Positions 8,486 to 16,390 of a stretch of DNA of 26,088 bases are shown in pieces (position 1 is the stretch's first letter; the number at the start of each line of letters is the position of its first letter). The notes beneath the pieces are model-generated. The model had not been told where the DNA came from and made no database searches. It saw only the letters and a program-made list of their open reading frames with translations. Source of the stretch: Chthoniobacterales bacterium (GTDB lineage: Bacteria; Verrucomicrobiota; Verrucomicrobiia; Chthoniobacterales; UBA10450); NCBI GenBank assembly GCA_013697015.1, contig JACCXL010000307.1, forward strand, positions 1 through 26,088, in the 5' to 3' direction. The translations under genes were made by a program, and so were the position numbers.

Positions 8486-9220
8486 TTACTTCGTTTCGTT
8501 CAGCGACCAATCGTATTTTTGATAAGAGATTTTTGCGTCGGAAGGGAGAGGGGTGGAACGGCGTTTGTTGATAAACGCGAGTGGCCCACCTTCTTTGAAA
8601 TCGTCTTTGTACCAGTCAAAAATCTGCGACAACTCGGCGGTCTTTTTATCCGCGGAGAAGACGACACCTTTTTCCGAATTCACGAACGCTTTGGCGAGCT
8701 TCTCAAACTGCGCGTCGAGGCTGTCAGCGCGGAACGCTTCCTGATTAAGCGGCGGGCAACTGCGGCTCGCGCAGTTCAACGCGAAGTGCACGCGCGGTTC
8801 CCCGAACTTCGCGCGGATAACATCATTCTCGAGATGCTTGAAGCTCATCTCTTCGCCGGTCACTTTGATGCGCTTACCGGTGAAGAACGTGAAGAGCGTA
8901 TCCTTGACGCTGCGGGTGGGATATTTACCGAGCGCCTCGTGCAGAATCCAGGCGTTATAAGCGTTCATGTAAAACGCGAGCTGTTCCTGTTTTCCGAGCG
9001 ATGCGACATTTTCCTGTGCAATCGCGTCGACCACCGTTTGCAACGCTTGCACGTCCGCGGCGTTGCCTTTCCACTCTGCATATTTAACCCCTGAAGAAGT
9101 GACGTATTTCCGCAGGAGGCCATTGTAGGAGGCCAGCCAATCGTGCGATTTTTGCGCGAGCGCGCTACTCGCCGCAGCGAACAAAAGTGCGCCAAGGAGG
9201 AGTGGTCGGAGCCGATTCAT
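8486..9220 (-). CDS. DUF547 domain protein, probably exported
   Basis: Start ATG 9220 gives a signal peptide (MNRLRPLLLGALLFAAASSALA|Q). LAFYMNAYNAW, LENDVIR, EPRVHFALNCASRSCPPL and IFDWYKDDF are characteristic DUF547 motifs. Confidence 0.9.
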   Translation of the reverse strand: MNRLRPLLLGALLFAAASSALAQKSHDWLASYNGLLRKYVTSSGVKYAEWKGNAADVQALQTVVDAIAQENVASLGKQEQLAFYMNAYNAWILHEALGKYPTRSVKDTLFTFFTGKRIKVTGEEMSFKHLENDVIRAKFGEPRVHFALNCASRSCPPLNQEAFRADSLDAQFEKLAKAFVNSEKGVVFSADKKTAELSQIFDWYKDDFKEGGPLAFINKRRSTPLPSDAKISYQKYDWSLNETK

Positions 9221-9254
9221 CCAACCAGTACGTTCCCGGCGGGAACGAAGCGCA

Positions 9255-9280
9255 AGGCTAAACTGCATCACTCTTGTGAT
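9255..9280 (-). promoter_or_regulatory. Putative -10 box (TAGCCT) with an upstream ATCAC-N4-GTGAT palindrome, ahead of DUF547
   Basis: TAGCCT on the minus strand at 9260-9255; inverted repeat ATCAC/GTGAT at 9267-9280. No convincing -35. Confidence 0.35.
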
Positions 9281-9369
9281 ACGCGATCGACGGCGGAGTG
9301 GATGCGCGCTTTTGCGCGACTCCCAAAAATGTAATCCCAGAAGGAGAAACTGACCCGCATCATCCAAAT

Positions 9370-10566
9370 CTAACTCCCGACGAAGCGCCCGAAAATGGAC
9401 GCGAGCGCAGACACATTCGCAGAGATCGAAAATCTCTCCGTCGCGACGGCTTTCCCGCGTTCGCCCAGCGCGCGAGCATAGCGCGGATCGTCAAGCAGTT
9501 CCTCGATAGCAGAGGCGATTGCAGGGACGTCACGTTCGGGAACGAGGCGACCGGTCTCCTGATCGGCAACCATTTCAGGAATTCCTGCAAGGCGGGTGGC
9601 TACGACGGGCAAACCGGCCGCCATCGCTTCCATGATGACGGTGGGAAGATTGTCCATGCCGCCATCACGATCGACGACCGAAGGTAAAACAAAGAGCGCT
9701 GCGCTGGCAAGTGAGGCAGCGATGCCGACCTGGTCTTGCGCACCTCGCAGGCGAACGATCGACTCGAGATGCGCAGAATGGATTTGCTGCTCGAGGTCTG
9801 CGCGCAGCGGCCCGTCGCCGATTATTTCGCATCGAAACGCGCATCCGCGATCCCGCAAAACTGCACAAGCCGTGATCAAATGACCGAAGCCCTTTTTCGC
9901 GATCAGGCGTCCGACGGAGAGAACGAGGGGGTTGGCCCTCTCGTGGTCGAGCGGCTGAGGTTGACCGATCTCAACGCCGTTGTAAATGCGGTGCAGTTTC
10001 GACGCGTGGAGCGGATAGCGATCGCGCAAAAAGTTCGCGGCGAAATCACTCACCACGATCACGGCCGCCGCTGACTCAACGATCTGCGGCAATCCGATCT
10101 CGAAGGAGGACGGAACAAAGATGTCGTTCGCATGGGCGGTGAAGCTGTAGCTGAGACCGAAAAATTTGTGGATCCAATAGGCTGTGCGAGCGGCCATGCC
10201 GGCGAAGTGCGCGTGAATGTGGCGCACACCTCCAGCCCGAAGTTGTGGCCCAAGATAGGCCGCTTGCTGCAAACGCAAAAAATCCCCCCGCCGCTTCCAA
10301 GCGTCGATGGCCGCGACGGCCAGCGATGGCAAGCTCCCCGCACGGCGTGCCGATTCCACGGCGTCGAGAAGCTCGCTTTCGGGCGGAAGATATTGGACCG
10401 AATCCGTCAGCCGCGAGTCCCAGTTATCGTGCCAGTGTGCTACGGGTTTCCGAATCGAAAAAATGGGAAAATCGCAGCCTTGACGCTTAAGCTCTGCGAC
10501 TTCGCGGTAACAGAACGTCTGGCCGAAGGCGGGAAATCGCTCGAATAGGTAGGCGAGGCCGGACAC
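9370..10566 (-). CDS. Glycosyltransferase family 4 (WcaL-like)
   Basis: YLFERFP...QTFCYRE N-terminus, HIHAHFAG, FTAHANDIF, SVGRLIAKKG, D-N-L-P-T-V-I-M-E-A-M (EX7E variant), GIPEMV. GTG start. Confidence 0.92.
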   Translation of the reverse strand: MSGLAYLFERFPAFGQTFCYREVAELKRQGCDFPIFSIRKPVAHWHDNWDSRLTDSVQYLPPESELLDAVESARRAGSLPSLAVAAIDAWKRRGDFLRLQQAAYLGPQLRAGGVRHIHAHFAGMAARTAYWIHKFFGLSYSFTAHANDIFVPSSFEIGLPQIVESAAAVIVVSDFAANFLRDRYPLHASKLHRIYNGVEIGQPQPLDHERANPLVLSVGRLIAKKGFGHLITACAVLRDRGCAFRCEIIGDGPLRADLEQQIHSAHLESIVRLRGAQDQVGIAASLASAALFVLPSVVDRDGGMDNLPTVIMEAMAAGLPVVATRLAGIPEMVADQETGRLVPERDVPAIASAIEELLDDPRYARALGERGKAVATERFSISANVSALASIFGRFVGS

Positions 10567-10572
10567 GGGCCG

Positions 10573-10601
10573 AGATTCATGCGCCGCCGGGATTGTTGCA
10601 A
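10573..10601 (-). promoter_or_regulatory. Putative leaderless promoter of the GT4 gene
   Basis: TTGCAA (10601-10596), 17 nt, GAATCT (10578-10573), 6 nt, then GTG at 10566. Confidence 0.45.
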
Positions 10602-10617
10602 CCCATCAGAGTCGAGA

Positions 10618-10642
10618 CATTTCCGCGGGCCGAACGGAAATG
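10618..10642. repeat. Perfect 8-bp inverted repeat CATTTCCG-N9-CGGAAATG
   Basis: Seen directly at 10618-10625 and 10635-10642, ending 2 nt before the GTG at 10645. Confidence 0.85.
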
Positions 10643-10644
10643 GC

Positions 10645-11712
10645 GTGAAACTCGCTCCTCTGCACGACTCCTGCTCTACGCAGGCCGTGCTGGACAGCGA
10701 TTTCTTCAGCTATTGCACCTCGCTTAAGCCGCTCCAGCTGAAAGCGATTGGTGAGCTGTCGCACGTCCGGCATCTGGCCGAGGGCGAGATCGTTTACCGT
10801 GCGGGCGATCCCGGAGAAGCGCTCTACATTATAAATCGCGGGGCCGTTGAAATTTCACAGGACAATGCCGGCCATGAACCAGCGGCAGCCTCTCTGACGC
10901 GAGGCGACATGTTTGGCGACCTGGAAGCGCTGACCAATCTGCCGCGGAGCCAGGTTGTTCGCGCTTGTGAGCCCGTCAGTCTGCAGGTGTTTCCGCGCAA
11001 AAACTTCGGAGAATTGCAGCGCCGCGTTCCCTCATTCTTTCAATATCTGGCGGAACATCTGGCCAACCGTCTGATCCAGGCCCGAGACTTCGCCCTTTCG
11101 CAGAGTGATTGTCTGGAGCTGAGCGGCAGCCTCGCCAATTTCGACGTGGTCACGATTTATCAAACAATCGTTAACTCGCTGCAAAGCGGCGAACTAACCT
11201 TGATCGACGAGCGTTCAGAAGTGATGGGTGCTTTCATGTTCGAAGCGGGGCAGCCACGCTGCGGCCAATTTCATCATCTCAATGGCGAGGAAGCGTTCTG
11301 GCAGCTCTTCCTCAGCAGCAGTTTGGCGGGCAGCTTTAGTTTTTCATCCAACGAGCGGGCCACTAGCGATGGAATTCAGGCCGGTCAGATCACGCGCAAA
11401 CCGGGAGACATGCTAATCAATGCTCTCCAGTTCCGCGATGAGTTTGAGGAATTAAAATCGAGTTTACACGGAGGTAAAGTAGTTTTGCGGAGAGCGAAGC
11501 TAAACTTCGACTGGCATGGCGCTGACTCATCGCTGTTGCGTGAAGCAGCCGAGCAAATCTGGCAGATCGCCTACAGCACGCCGGTCACAGTCGCGGCTCT
11601 CTACAAACATTGCGCGGTTTGCGAGCTGAAAATTTACCGTATCGTTCAGGAACTTGTGGCCTCGGGGCACTTCATGCTTGTCCCGCCCTCCGCCGCGGAA
11701 AAGATCGCATAG
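10645..11712 (+). CDS. Cyclic-nucleotide-binding domain + DUF4388 domain protein, with possible C-terminal winged helix
   Basis: cNMP domain: VYRAGDPGEALYII-x-x-G-x-V and GDMFGDLEALTNLPRS. DUF4388-like: LSGSLANFDVVTIYQTI...SGELTL...GAFMFEAGQ...GEEAFWQL. C-terminal VTVAAL...IYRIVQELVASGHF resembles a wHTH. Start uncertain (ATG 10579, GTG 10645 or GTG 10687). Confidence 0.8.
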   Translation: MKLAPLHDSCSTQAVLDSDFFSYCTSLKPLQLKAIGELSHVRHLAEGEIVYRAGDPGEALYIINRGAVEISQDNAGHEPAAASLTRGDMFGDLEALTNLPRSQVVRACEPVSLQVFPRKNFGELQRRVPSFFQYLAEHLANRLIQARDFALSQSDCLELSGSLANFDVVTIYQTIVNSLQSGELTLIDERSEVMGAFMFEAGQPRCGQFHHLNGEEAFWQLFLSSSLAGSFSFSSNERATSDGIQAGQITRKPGDMLINALQFRDEFEELKSSLHGGKVVLRRAKLNFDWHGADSSLLREAAEQIWQIAYSTPVTVAALYKHCAVCELKIYRIVQELVASGHFMLVPPSAAEKIA

Positions 11713-11719
11713 CCGAAAC

Positions 11720-12001
11720 ATGAAAACGAAATCCATCAGTCTTCTTCTCGCCTTCTCCGTGGCTTTGACGGGTTGCTCGATGTTCACTAAAAACGGACGC
11801 CAGCAGCGTGCCTACGAAAAATATGTGCGCAAATCGAGCGTCGCGCGCGGGAAGCAGCAGGTTCGATTCCGGACGGGAAAATCGAAGATGCCAACGACGC
11901 CGGCGCTTGGTGAACCGACCGAACCGGCCATCGACGCGACCGCGACGGAGACGAACAGCGGGCCGCAATCGGTCACCGAAGCGCCGCCGAACTCGCACTA
12001 G
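11720..12001 (+). CDS. Small hypothetical lipoprotein (93 aa)
   Basis: ATG 7 nt after the upstream stop. MKTK + hydrophobic stretch + lipobox LTGC; basic middle region and a P/T/E-rich low-complexity tail. Confidence 0.75.
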   Translation: MKTKSISLLLAFSVALTGCSMFTKNGRQQRAYEKYVRKSSVARGKQQVRFRTGKSKMPTTPALGEPTEPAIDATATETNSGPQSVTEAPPNSH

Positions 12002-13140
12002 CGCCAGGAAAATCTGTCGCGGCCGAGCCGCTGAAACGGCTTCTCGATCCAACGCCATGAAAGCGCCGAGACGACGAACGTTCCAAAAATCGACGGCAGC
12101 GCGGTCACCAAAAGCAGGAGGGCCGGATCTCGTGGATTGATCCAGCGCCAGATTCCCGCCTGCAAGAGTGTGATCAATGGCGCGTGAAAGAGATAGGTGC
12201 TGTAAGAAACGCGTCCGAGGAATTGGAGCGGAGGAGAGTCGAGGAATGCGCGAAGACTCTTCAAGCTCTGGAAGCGAACGGCGCAGATGACAAGCATCCA
12301 GACGATTGATGCGAGCACTACTTCGATGCTGCGGCCGCATCCGATCCACCAAAAAGCACTAAGCGTGACGCACATTCCCGCCAGCACAGCGAAGGCATTT
12401 CGAGAGCGTCGTTCTTCCACGACCGCGATATAGGTCAACGCGCCAACCAGGAAAAAGATCGCCTTGGCGGGAAGAAACGCGGCGGAAAATGCCGCGATGA
12501 TTCTGCCCGAGAATAAAGCCGTCGTTACAGCAGCGGCCACGATGACCACACCTCCAAATCTTGTCCGCGTCGCGAAGAAGAGCAGCAGCGGCGCGACGCA
12601 ATAGAACTGCCATTCCAGACTCAAACTCCAGGCGACGCCGAGAAATGTGTAGGGTTCCGCAGGCAGAATGGAGGACGGCGCCAGCCCGTGCACGAGCAGG
12701 AAATGCATTATGCTGTCGGTCCACAATCGGCCCGCCGCAACGTCGCTAAAGGACGCGAAAAATTGCGAAGATAACGTCGGCGGAAGATGACGAAGATTCG
12801 CGCCCATCTGGCTGTTCAAAGCAATCGCGAGCGCAAGCGCGACCCAATACGCGGGCACGATGCGGCAGGCCCGCCGGAATAAATACCGTCCGTAGGATTC
12901 GCGTTCCACCAACACCAACCGCGTGATCACAAACCCGCTGAGCATGATAAAGGCGTCCACCGCAGCCGCCGCAATCTCCGACGGCAGATTTTGTGTCCCG
13001 AAATTCCAGCCGAACCAACCCGAACAAATCAGGATGTGCGTCACCACCACTGTCCAGGCGAGCACGGCGCGTAAGCCTTCGAGTTCAGGAATCCGCCCGC
13101 TCGATCGAGGGCGCGTCTCGGGCACGGGCGGAGAGCGCAA
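11998..13140 (-). CDS. Acyltransferase family 3 (OafA-like membrane O-acyltransferase)
   Basis: LEGLRAVLAWTVVVTH, VDAFIMLSGFVI, YLFRRACRI, WSLSLEWQFY, LGRVSYSTYLFH, SWRWIEKP; multiple TM helices. Confidence 0.92.
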   Translation of the reverse strand: MRSPPVPETRPRSSGRIPELEGLRAVLAWTVVVTHILICSGWFGWNFGTQNLPSEIAAAAVDAFIMLSGFVITRLVLVERESYGRYLFRRACRIVPAYWVALALAIALNSQMGANLRHLPPTLSSQFFASFSDVAAGRLWTDSIMHFLLVHGLAPSSILPAEPYTFLGVAWSLSLEWQFYCVAPLLLFFATRTRFGGVVIVAAAVTTALFSGRIIAAFSAAFLPAKAIFFLVGALTYIAVVEERRSRNAFAVLAGMCVTLSAFWWIGCGRSIEVVLASIVWMLVICAVRFQSLKSLRAFLDSPPLQFLGRVSYSTYLFHAPLITLLQAGIWRWINPRDPALLLLVTALPSIFGTFVVSALSWRWIEKPFQRLGRDRFSWR

Positions 13141-13530
13141 TTAGTGTTCCCGCTGCACCGGGATAGGTGTCCCTGCTTCGTCCACTGCGACGCAGATGAA
13201 CACGCCGCGCGTCACCCGGATCTCCCGCCCTTCCATATAGCGCTGCACCCACGCCTCCACCGGGATGACCATCGAAGTTCGCCCGATTCGCTCGACCCAT
13301 GCATAACAGGTAATGGTGTCGCCGACACGCACCGGATGCAGAAACGACATACCCTCCATCGCGACCGTGACAACCCGCGCCTTGGCGGTTTTCGCGGCCA
13401 GGATGCCGCTGCCCAGATCCATCTGCGACATCAGCCAGCCGCCGAAAATGTCGCCGTTCGGATTGGTGTCGGCAGGCATGGCAATCGTGCGGATTACAAC
13501 TTCGCCTTCGGGGGTGTCAGACGTCTCCAT
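13141..13530 (-). CDS. Acyl-CoA thioesterase (YciA-like hotdog fold)
   Basis: AMPADTNPNGDIFGGWLMSQMD, FLHPVRVGD, GRTSM, FICVAVDEAG-x-P. Confidence 0.93.
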   Translation of the reverse strand: METSDTPEGEVVIRTIAMPADTNPNGDIFGGWLMSQMDLGSGILAAKTAKARVVTVAMEGMSFLHPVRVGDTITCYAWVERIGRTSMVIPVEAWVQRYMEGREIRVTRGVFICVAVDEAGTPIPVQREH

Positions 13531-13536
13531 GCGCGC

Positions 13537-13542
13537 AGGCTA
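13537..13542 (-). promoter_or_regulatory. Putative -10 box of a leaderless thioesterase transcript
   Basis: TAGCCT-gcgcgc-ATG; no Shine-Dalgarno and no clear -35. Confidence 0.4.
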
Positions 13543-13569
13543 ACACAAGCCCGCAGGGCGGCGAGATTG

Positions 13570-14550
13570 TTAGAGAATCAACATGCAATCGCCGTAGCTG
13601 AAGAAGCGATACCGCTCCCGGATTGCCGCCGCGTAAGCCTCGCGCACAAACGCGTGTCCCGCGAAAGCGCTCACTAGCCTCAGGAGCGTCGAGCGAGGTA
13701 GATGAAAGTTGGTTAAGAGCGCGTCTGCGTAACGCATCTGATAGGGCGGATGAATGAAAATGTCAGTGATACTCTCCTGCGCGACCAGCTTTCCGTGCGT
13801 TCGTCGCGCCGCTTCTAGCACGCGCAGACTTGTCGTGCCCACGGCCACAACCCGGTGCGCCGCATTAATCGCCTTAGCCGCGGCTGCCGAGATCACGAAG
13901 CGCTCCGAGTGCATCCGATGATCAGCTATGTTCTCCGATTTAACGGGGCGAAAAGTGCCGAGGCCGACGTGCAAAGTCACGAACGTGTGCGCCAATCCCG
14001 CCAGCAATTGCGGAGTGAAATGCAGACCGGCGGTCGGCGCGGCCACAGCTCCGGGAACTTCCGCGTAGGTCGTTTGATAGCGCTCGAAATCAGACAGATC
14101 GCTCTCCCTGCGCAGGTAGGGCGGGAGCGGCATCACGCCGTCTGCCAGCACGTCGAAATCAGCCGCGAATCGAATTACGCGCTCGCCTTCCGGCAGGATC
14201 GTTTCGACGCGCCCCGCAATCTTTCCAATGTGGGTCTCAGCGCCCACACGCATCTTTCGCCCTGGCTTGACCAAACATTTCCAGCGCGCAGGGCCTAGTT
14301 TCTCCAGGATTAGGAATTCGACTTTGCCGTCATCCGACAATCGCCGCGCAGGCACGACGCGGGTGTTGTTAAGCACTAGCAGATCCGTCGGCTCGAGGTG
14401 AGCGCTGAGGTGTTGAAAATGTCCGTGCTCGATCTGGCCGGTCCTTCGATCGAGAATCATCATGCGGGATGCGTCCCGCTGTGGGAGGGGACGACGCGCG
14501 ATCAGATCCGGCGGCAGATCGTAATCGTAATCGGCGAGGCGCAAACTCAC
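13570..14550 (-). CDS. queA: S-adenosylmethionine:tRNA ribosyltransferase-isomerase
   Basis: DYDYDLPPDLIA, LLVLNNTRVVPAR, MPLPPYL, YQT-x-YA-x-x-PGAVAAPTAGLHF, TLHVGLGTFRPV, LLTNFHLPRSTL, YRFFSYGDCMLI. Confidence 0.97.
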   Translation of the reverse strand: MSLRLADYDYDLPPDLIARRPLPQRDASRMMILDRRTGQIEHGHFQHLSAHLEPTDLLVLNNTRVVPARRLSDDGKVEFLILEKLGPARWKCLVKPGRKMRVGAETHIGKIAGRVETILPEGERVIRFAADFDVLADGVMPLPPYLRRESDLSDFERYQTTYAEVPGAVAAPTAGLHFTPQLLAGLAHTFVTLHVGLGTFRPVKSENIADHRMHSERFVISAAAAKAINAAHRVVAVGTTSLRVLEAARRTHGKLVAQESITDIFIHPPYQMRYADALLTNFHLPRSTLLRLVSAFAGHAFVREAYAAAIRERYRFFSYGDCMLIL

Positions 14551-14556
14551 GTCGAG

Positions 14557-14585
14557 ACCATCAAAGGATTTGCGGGCTGGCGCAA
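14557..14585 (-). promoter_or_regulatory. Putative leaderless promoter of queA
   Basis: TTGCGC (14585-14580), 17 nt, GATGGT (14562-14557), 6 nt, GTG at 14550. Confidence 0.4.
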
Positions 14586-14606
14586 AACTTCAGAACATCC
14601 AAGGCC

Positions 14607-15368
14607 ATGCCGCACTTCGACTCCGCGCTGGAACTTGTGCTCACGGCGTTGAGTGAAATGCGCGAGGGAAGCGGCCGCTTGCCGCGGGCGTCGCGCGCAT
14701 CGCTCCAGCTTCTGCAGCAGCCGCGACGAGACGATCTGAGCCCGCACGCGGTGACAAAATCAGATCGCCTTGCCGGCATCGCCTCGCGTGTGGCCATTTG
14801 CACGAAATGTCCACACCTCGCGCGCAGCCGGAGGCAAACAGTGTTCGGGGTCGGCAATCCGGACGCGGACGTGATGTTTATCGGGGAAGCGCCGGGCGCC
14901 GATGAGGACGCGCGCGGCGAACCGTTCGTTGGTCGCGCCGGTCAATTGCTCACTCGGATTATCGAAACGATGGGATTGTCGCGCGCGGGAGTTTACATCG
15001 CCAACGTGTTGAAATGCCGGCCGGATACTCCGGGCGCCGCTGCGGGTAATCGTCCGCCAACGCTGACGGAGATGCAGACATGTCTGCCTTACCTCGCGGA
15101 ACAAATCGAAATCGTGCAACCGAAGGTGCTCGTCGCACTGGGCGCGACCGCCGTGGAAGGATTGCTCGGAACCGGCGGCATGATGCGCGATCTGCGCGGC
15201 CGGTGGCATTCCTATAACGAAACGCCGCTCATGATTACTTATCATCCTTCCTATCTTCTGCGGAATCAGGCGCCCTCCGAAAAACGAAAAGTCTGGGAGG
15301 ACATGCTTCTTGTCCTGGAGCGGATCGAGCGGCCCATCACGGAGAAACAGCGCAATTACTTCCTCTGA
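14607..15368 (+). CDS. Uracil-DNA glycosylase family 4 (Fe-S)
   Basis: CTKC-x-x-L...VFGVG, IGEAPG[18 protein letters not shown], NVLKCRP, C-x-[14 protein letters not shown]. Start ATG 14607; the ORF-track start at 14469 overlaps queA. Confidence 0.95.
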   Translation: MPHFDSALELVLTALSEMREGSGRLPRASRASLQLLQQPRRDDLSPHAVTKSDRLAGIASRVAICTKCPHLARSRRQTVFGVGNPDADVMFIGEAPGADEDARGEPFVGRAGQLLTRIIETMGLSRAGVYIANVLKCRPDTPGAAAGNRPPTLTEMQTCLPYLAEQIEIVQPKVLVALGATAVEGLLGTGGMMRDLRGRWHSYNETPLMITYHPSYLLRNQAPSEKRKVWEDMLLVLERIERPITEKQRNYFL

Positions 15369-16390
15369 GAAACGGGCTGGCTCAAGCGGCTGAACAGCCG
15401 TTTGATCCCGCGACGGGAACCGAGCGTGATCGCTCCCGAAGAGACGATCGCCTGCACTTCACGGCGCGGAACTTTCACCTTCGTTGCGACGAACTCCGTC
15501 CCGGCAGCTCGCAAGAGCGCCAGCGTCCGGGCGCCGATCAGAGCCGGCAAGGCTGTGGCGAAGCGGACCCGGCGATTCGCAACTGCACACGCATATTCAA
15601 TTCCAGCCGCTACACCATCCGCCGCTTTGGCCCGCCAATGAGCGATCACAGACTCGGCCTGTGCCGGTTCGTCCAAGAATGCGTCCGGTTCCACGCCGAT
15701 CGCCGCCAGCTGATCCGCGGGCAAATAGCAGCGCCCGTGTTGCAGATCAGTGCCGAGGTCGCGCAGAATGTTGATGAGTTGCAATCCTTTTCCATATGCG
15801 ATTCCCAGCTGACACATTTCCTCGTCGGACCGATCCGCGAAAGGCGCCAGATGCCGGCTGCAAATCTGCGTCCAAAATTCACCTACGCTTCCCGCGACTA
15901 AATAGGTGTAGCGCTCGAGCTGATCGGCGGTCGCGAAGGAGCGAACGGCGCCGGGCGGCGTGAAGTGCTCGATGTCGAGCAGCTGACCCTGGTTTATCTT
16001 CTGCAGAACGCCGCGGACATCGGATCGATCCTCGTCTGGAAGTGACGCGAGCCACTTCAGCTGCTGCGGCACGGCGTCCAGCAGCACACGTTCGGACGCG
16101 TCGGTTTGCTGCGGGCCGAAAATTCCCGCGAGACTGCGGTCGGATTGCGTCCACGGCTCGTCGCCCGCGATCGCCTGCGCAAGGTTTCGCAACTGCTCCG
16201 CGCGCACGGTCGTGCTTACTGCGGCAGTATCAGCGATTGTGTCGGTCGCTCGTGCCAGCAGGTAGGCGAGCGCAACCGGATCGCGCAACCCCGCCGGAAG
16301 CATCCTGATGGAAAGGTAGAATGAACGCGAAACCGAACGCAGAACATCAGTGCGCAAATCCACCAGCGATTTTTCGGCGGATGCTTTCAA
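15356..16390 (-). CDS. Squalene/phytoene synthase family protein (head-to-head prenyl diphosphate condensation)
   Basis: VSRSFYLSI, AYLLARATDTIADT, YTYLVAGSVGEFWT, GLQLINILRD-x-x-x-D-x-x-x-GRCYLP. TTG start overlaps the DUF362 stop (TTGA). Confidence 0.9.
   Translation of the reverse strand: MKASAEKSLVDLRTDVLRSVSRSFYLSIRMLPAGLRDPVALAYLLARATDTIADTAAVSTTVRAEQLRNLAQAIAGDEPWTQSDRSLAGIFGPQQTDASERVLLDAVPQQLKWLASLPDEDRSDVRGVLQKINQGQLLDIEHFTPPGAVRSFATADQLERYTYLVAGSVGEFWTQICSRHLAPFADRSDEEMCQLGIAYGKGLQLINILRDLGTDLQHGRCYLPADQLAAIGVEPDAFLDEPAQAESVIAHWRAKAADGVAAGIEYACAVANRRVRFATALPALIGARTLALLRAAGTEFVATKVKVPRREVQAIVSSGAITLGSRRGIKRLFSRLSQPVSQRK

Noticed and set aside
7390-9094. ORFs 7390-8106 (+), 7565-8362 (-) and 8327-9094 (+)
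   Set aside because: Antisense or alternate-frame overlaps of the radical SAM and DUF547 genes, with no recognisable domain.
9267-9290. CRP/FNR box near TGTGAT
   Set aside because: The second half-site does not fit TGTGA-N6-TCACA or TTGAT-N4-ATCAA.
11672-12352. 226-aa minus-strand ORF
   Set aside because: Arg-rich, overlaps the acyltransferase out of frame and the lipoprotein antisense.
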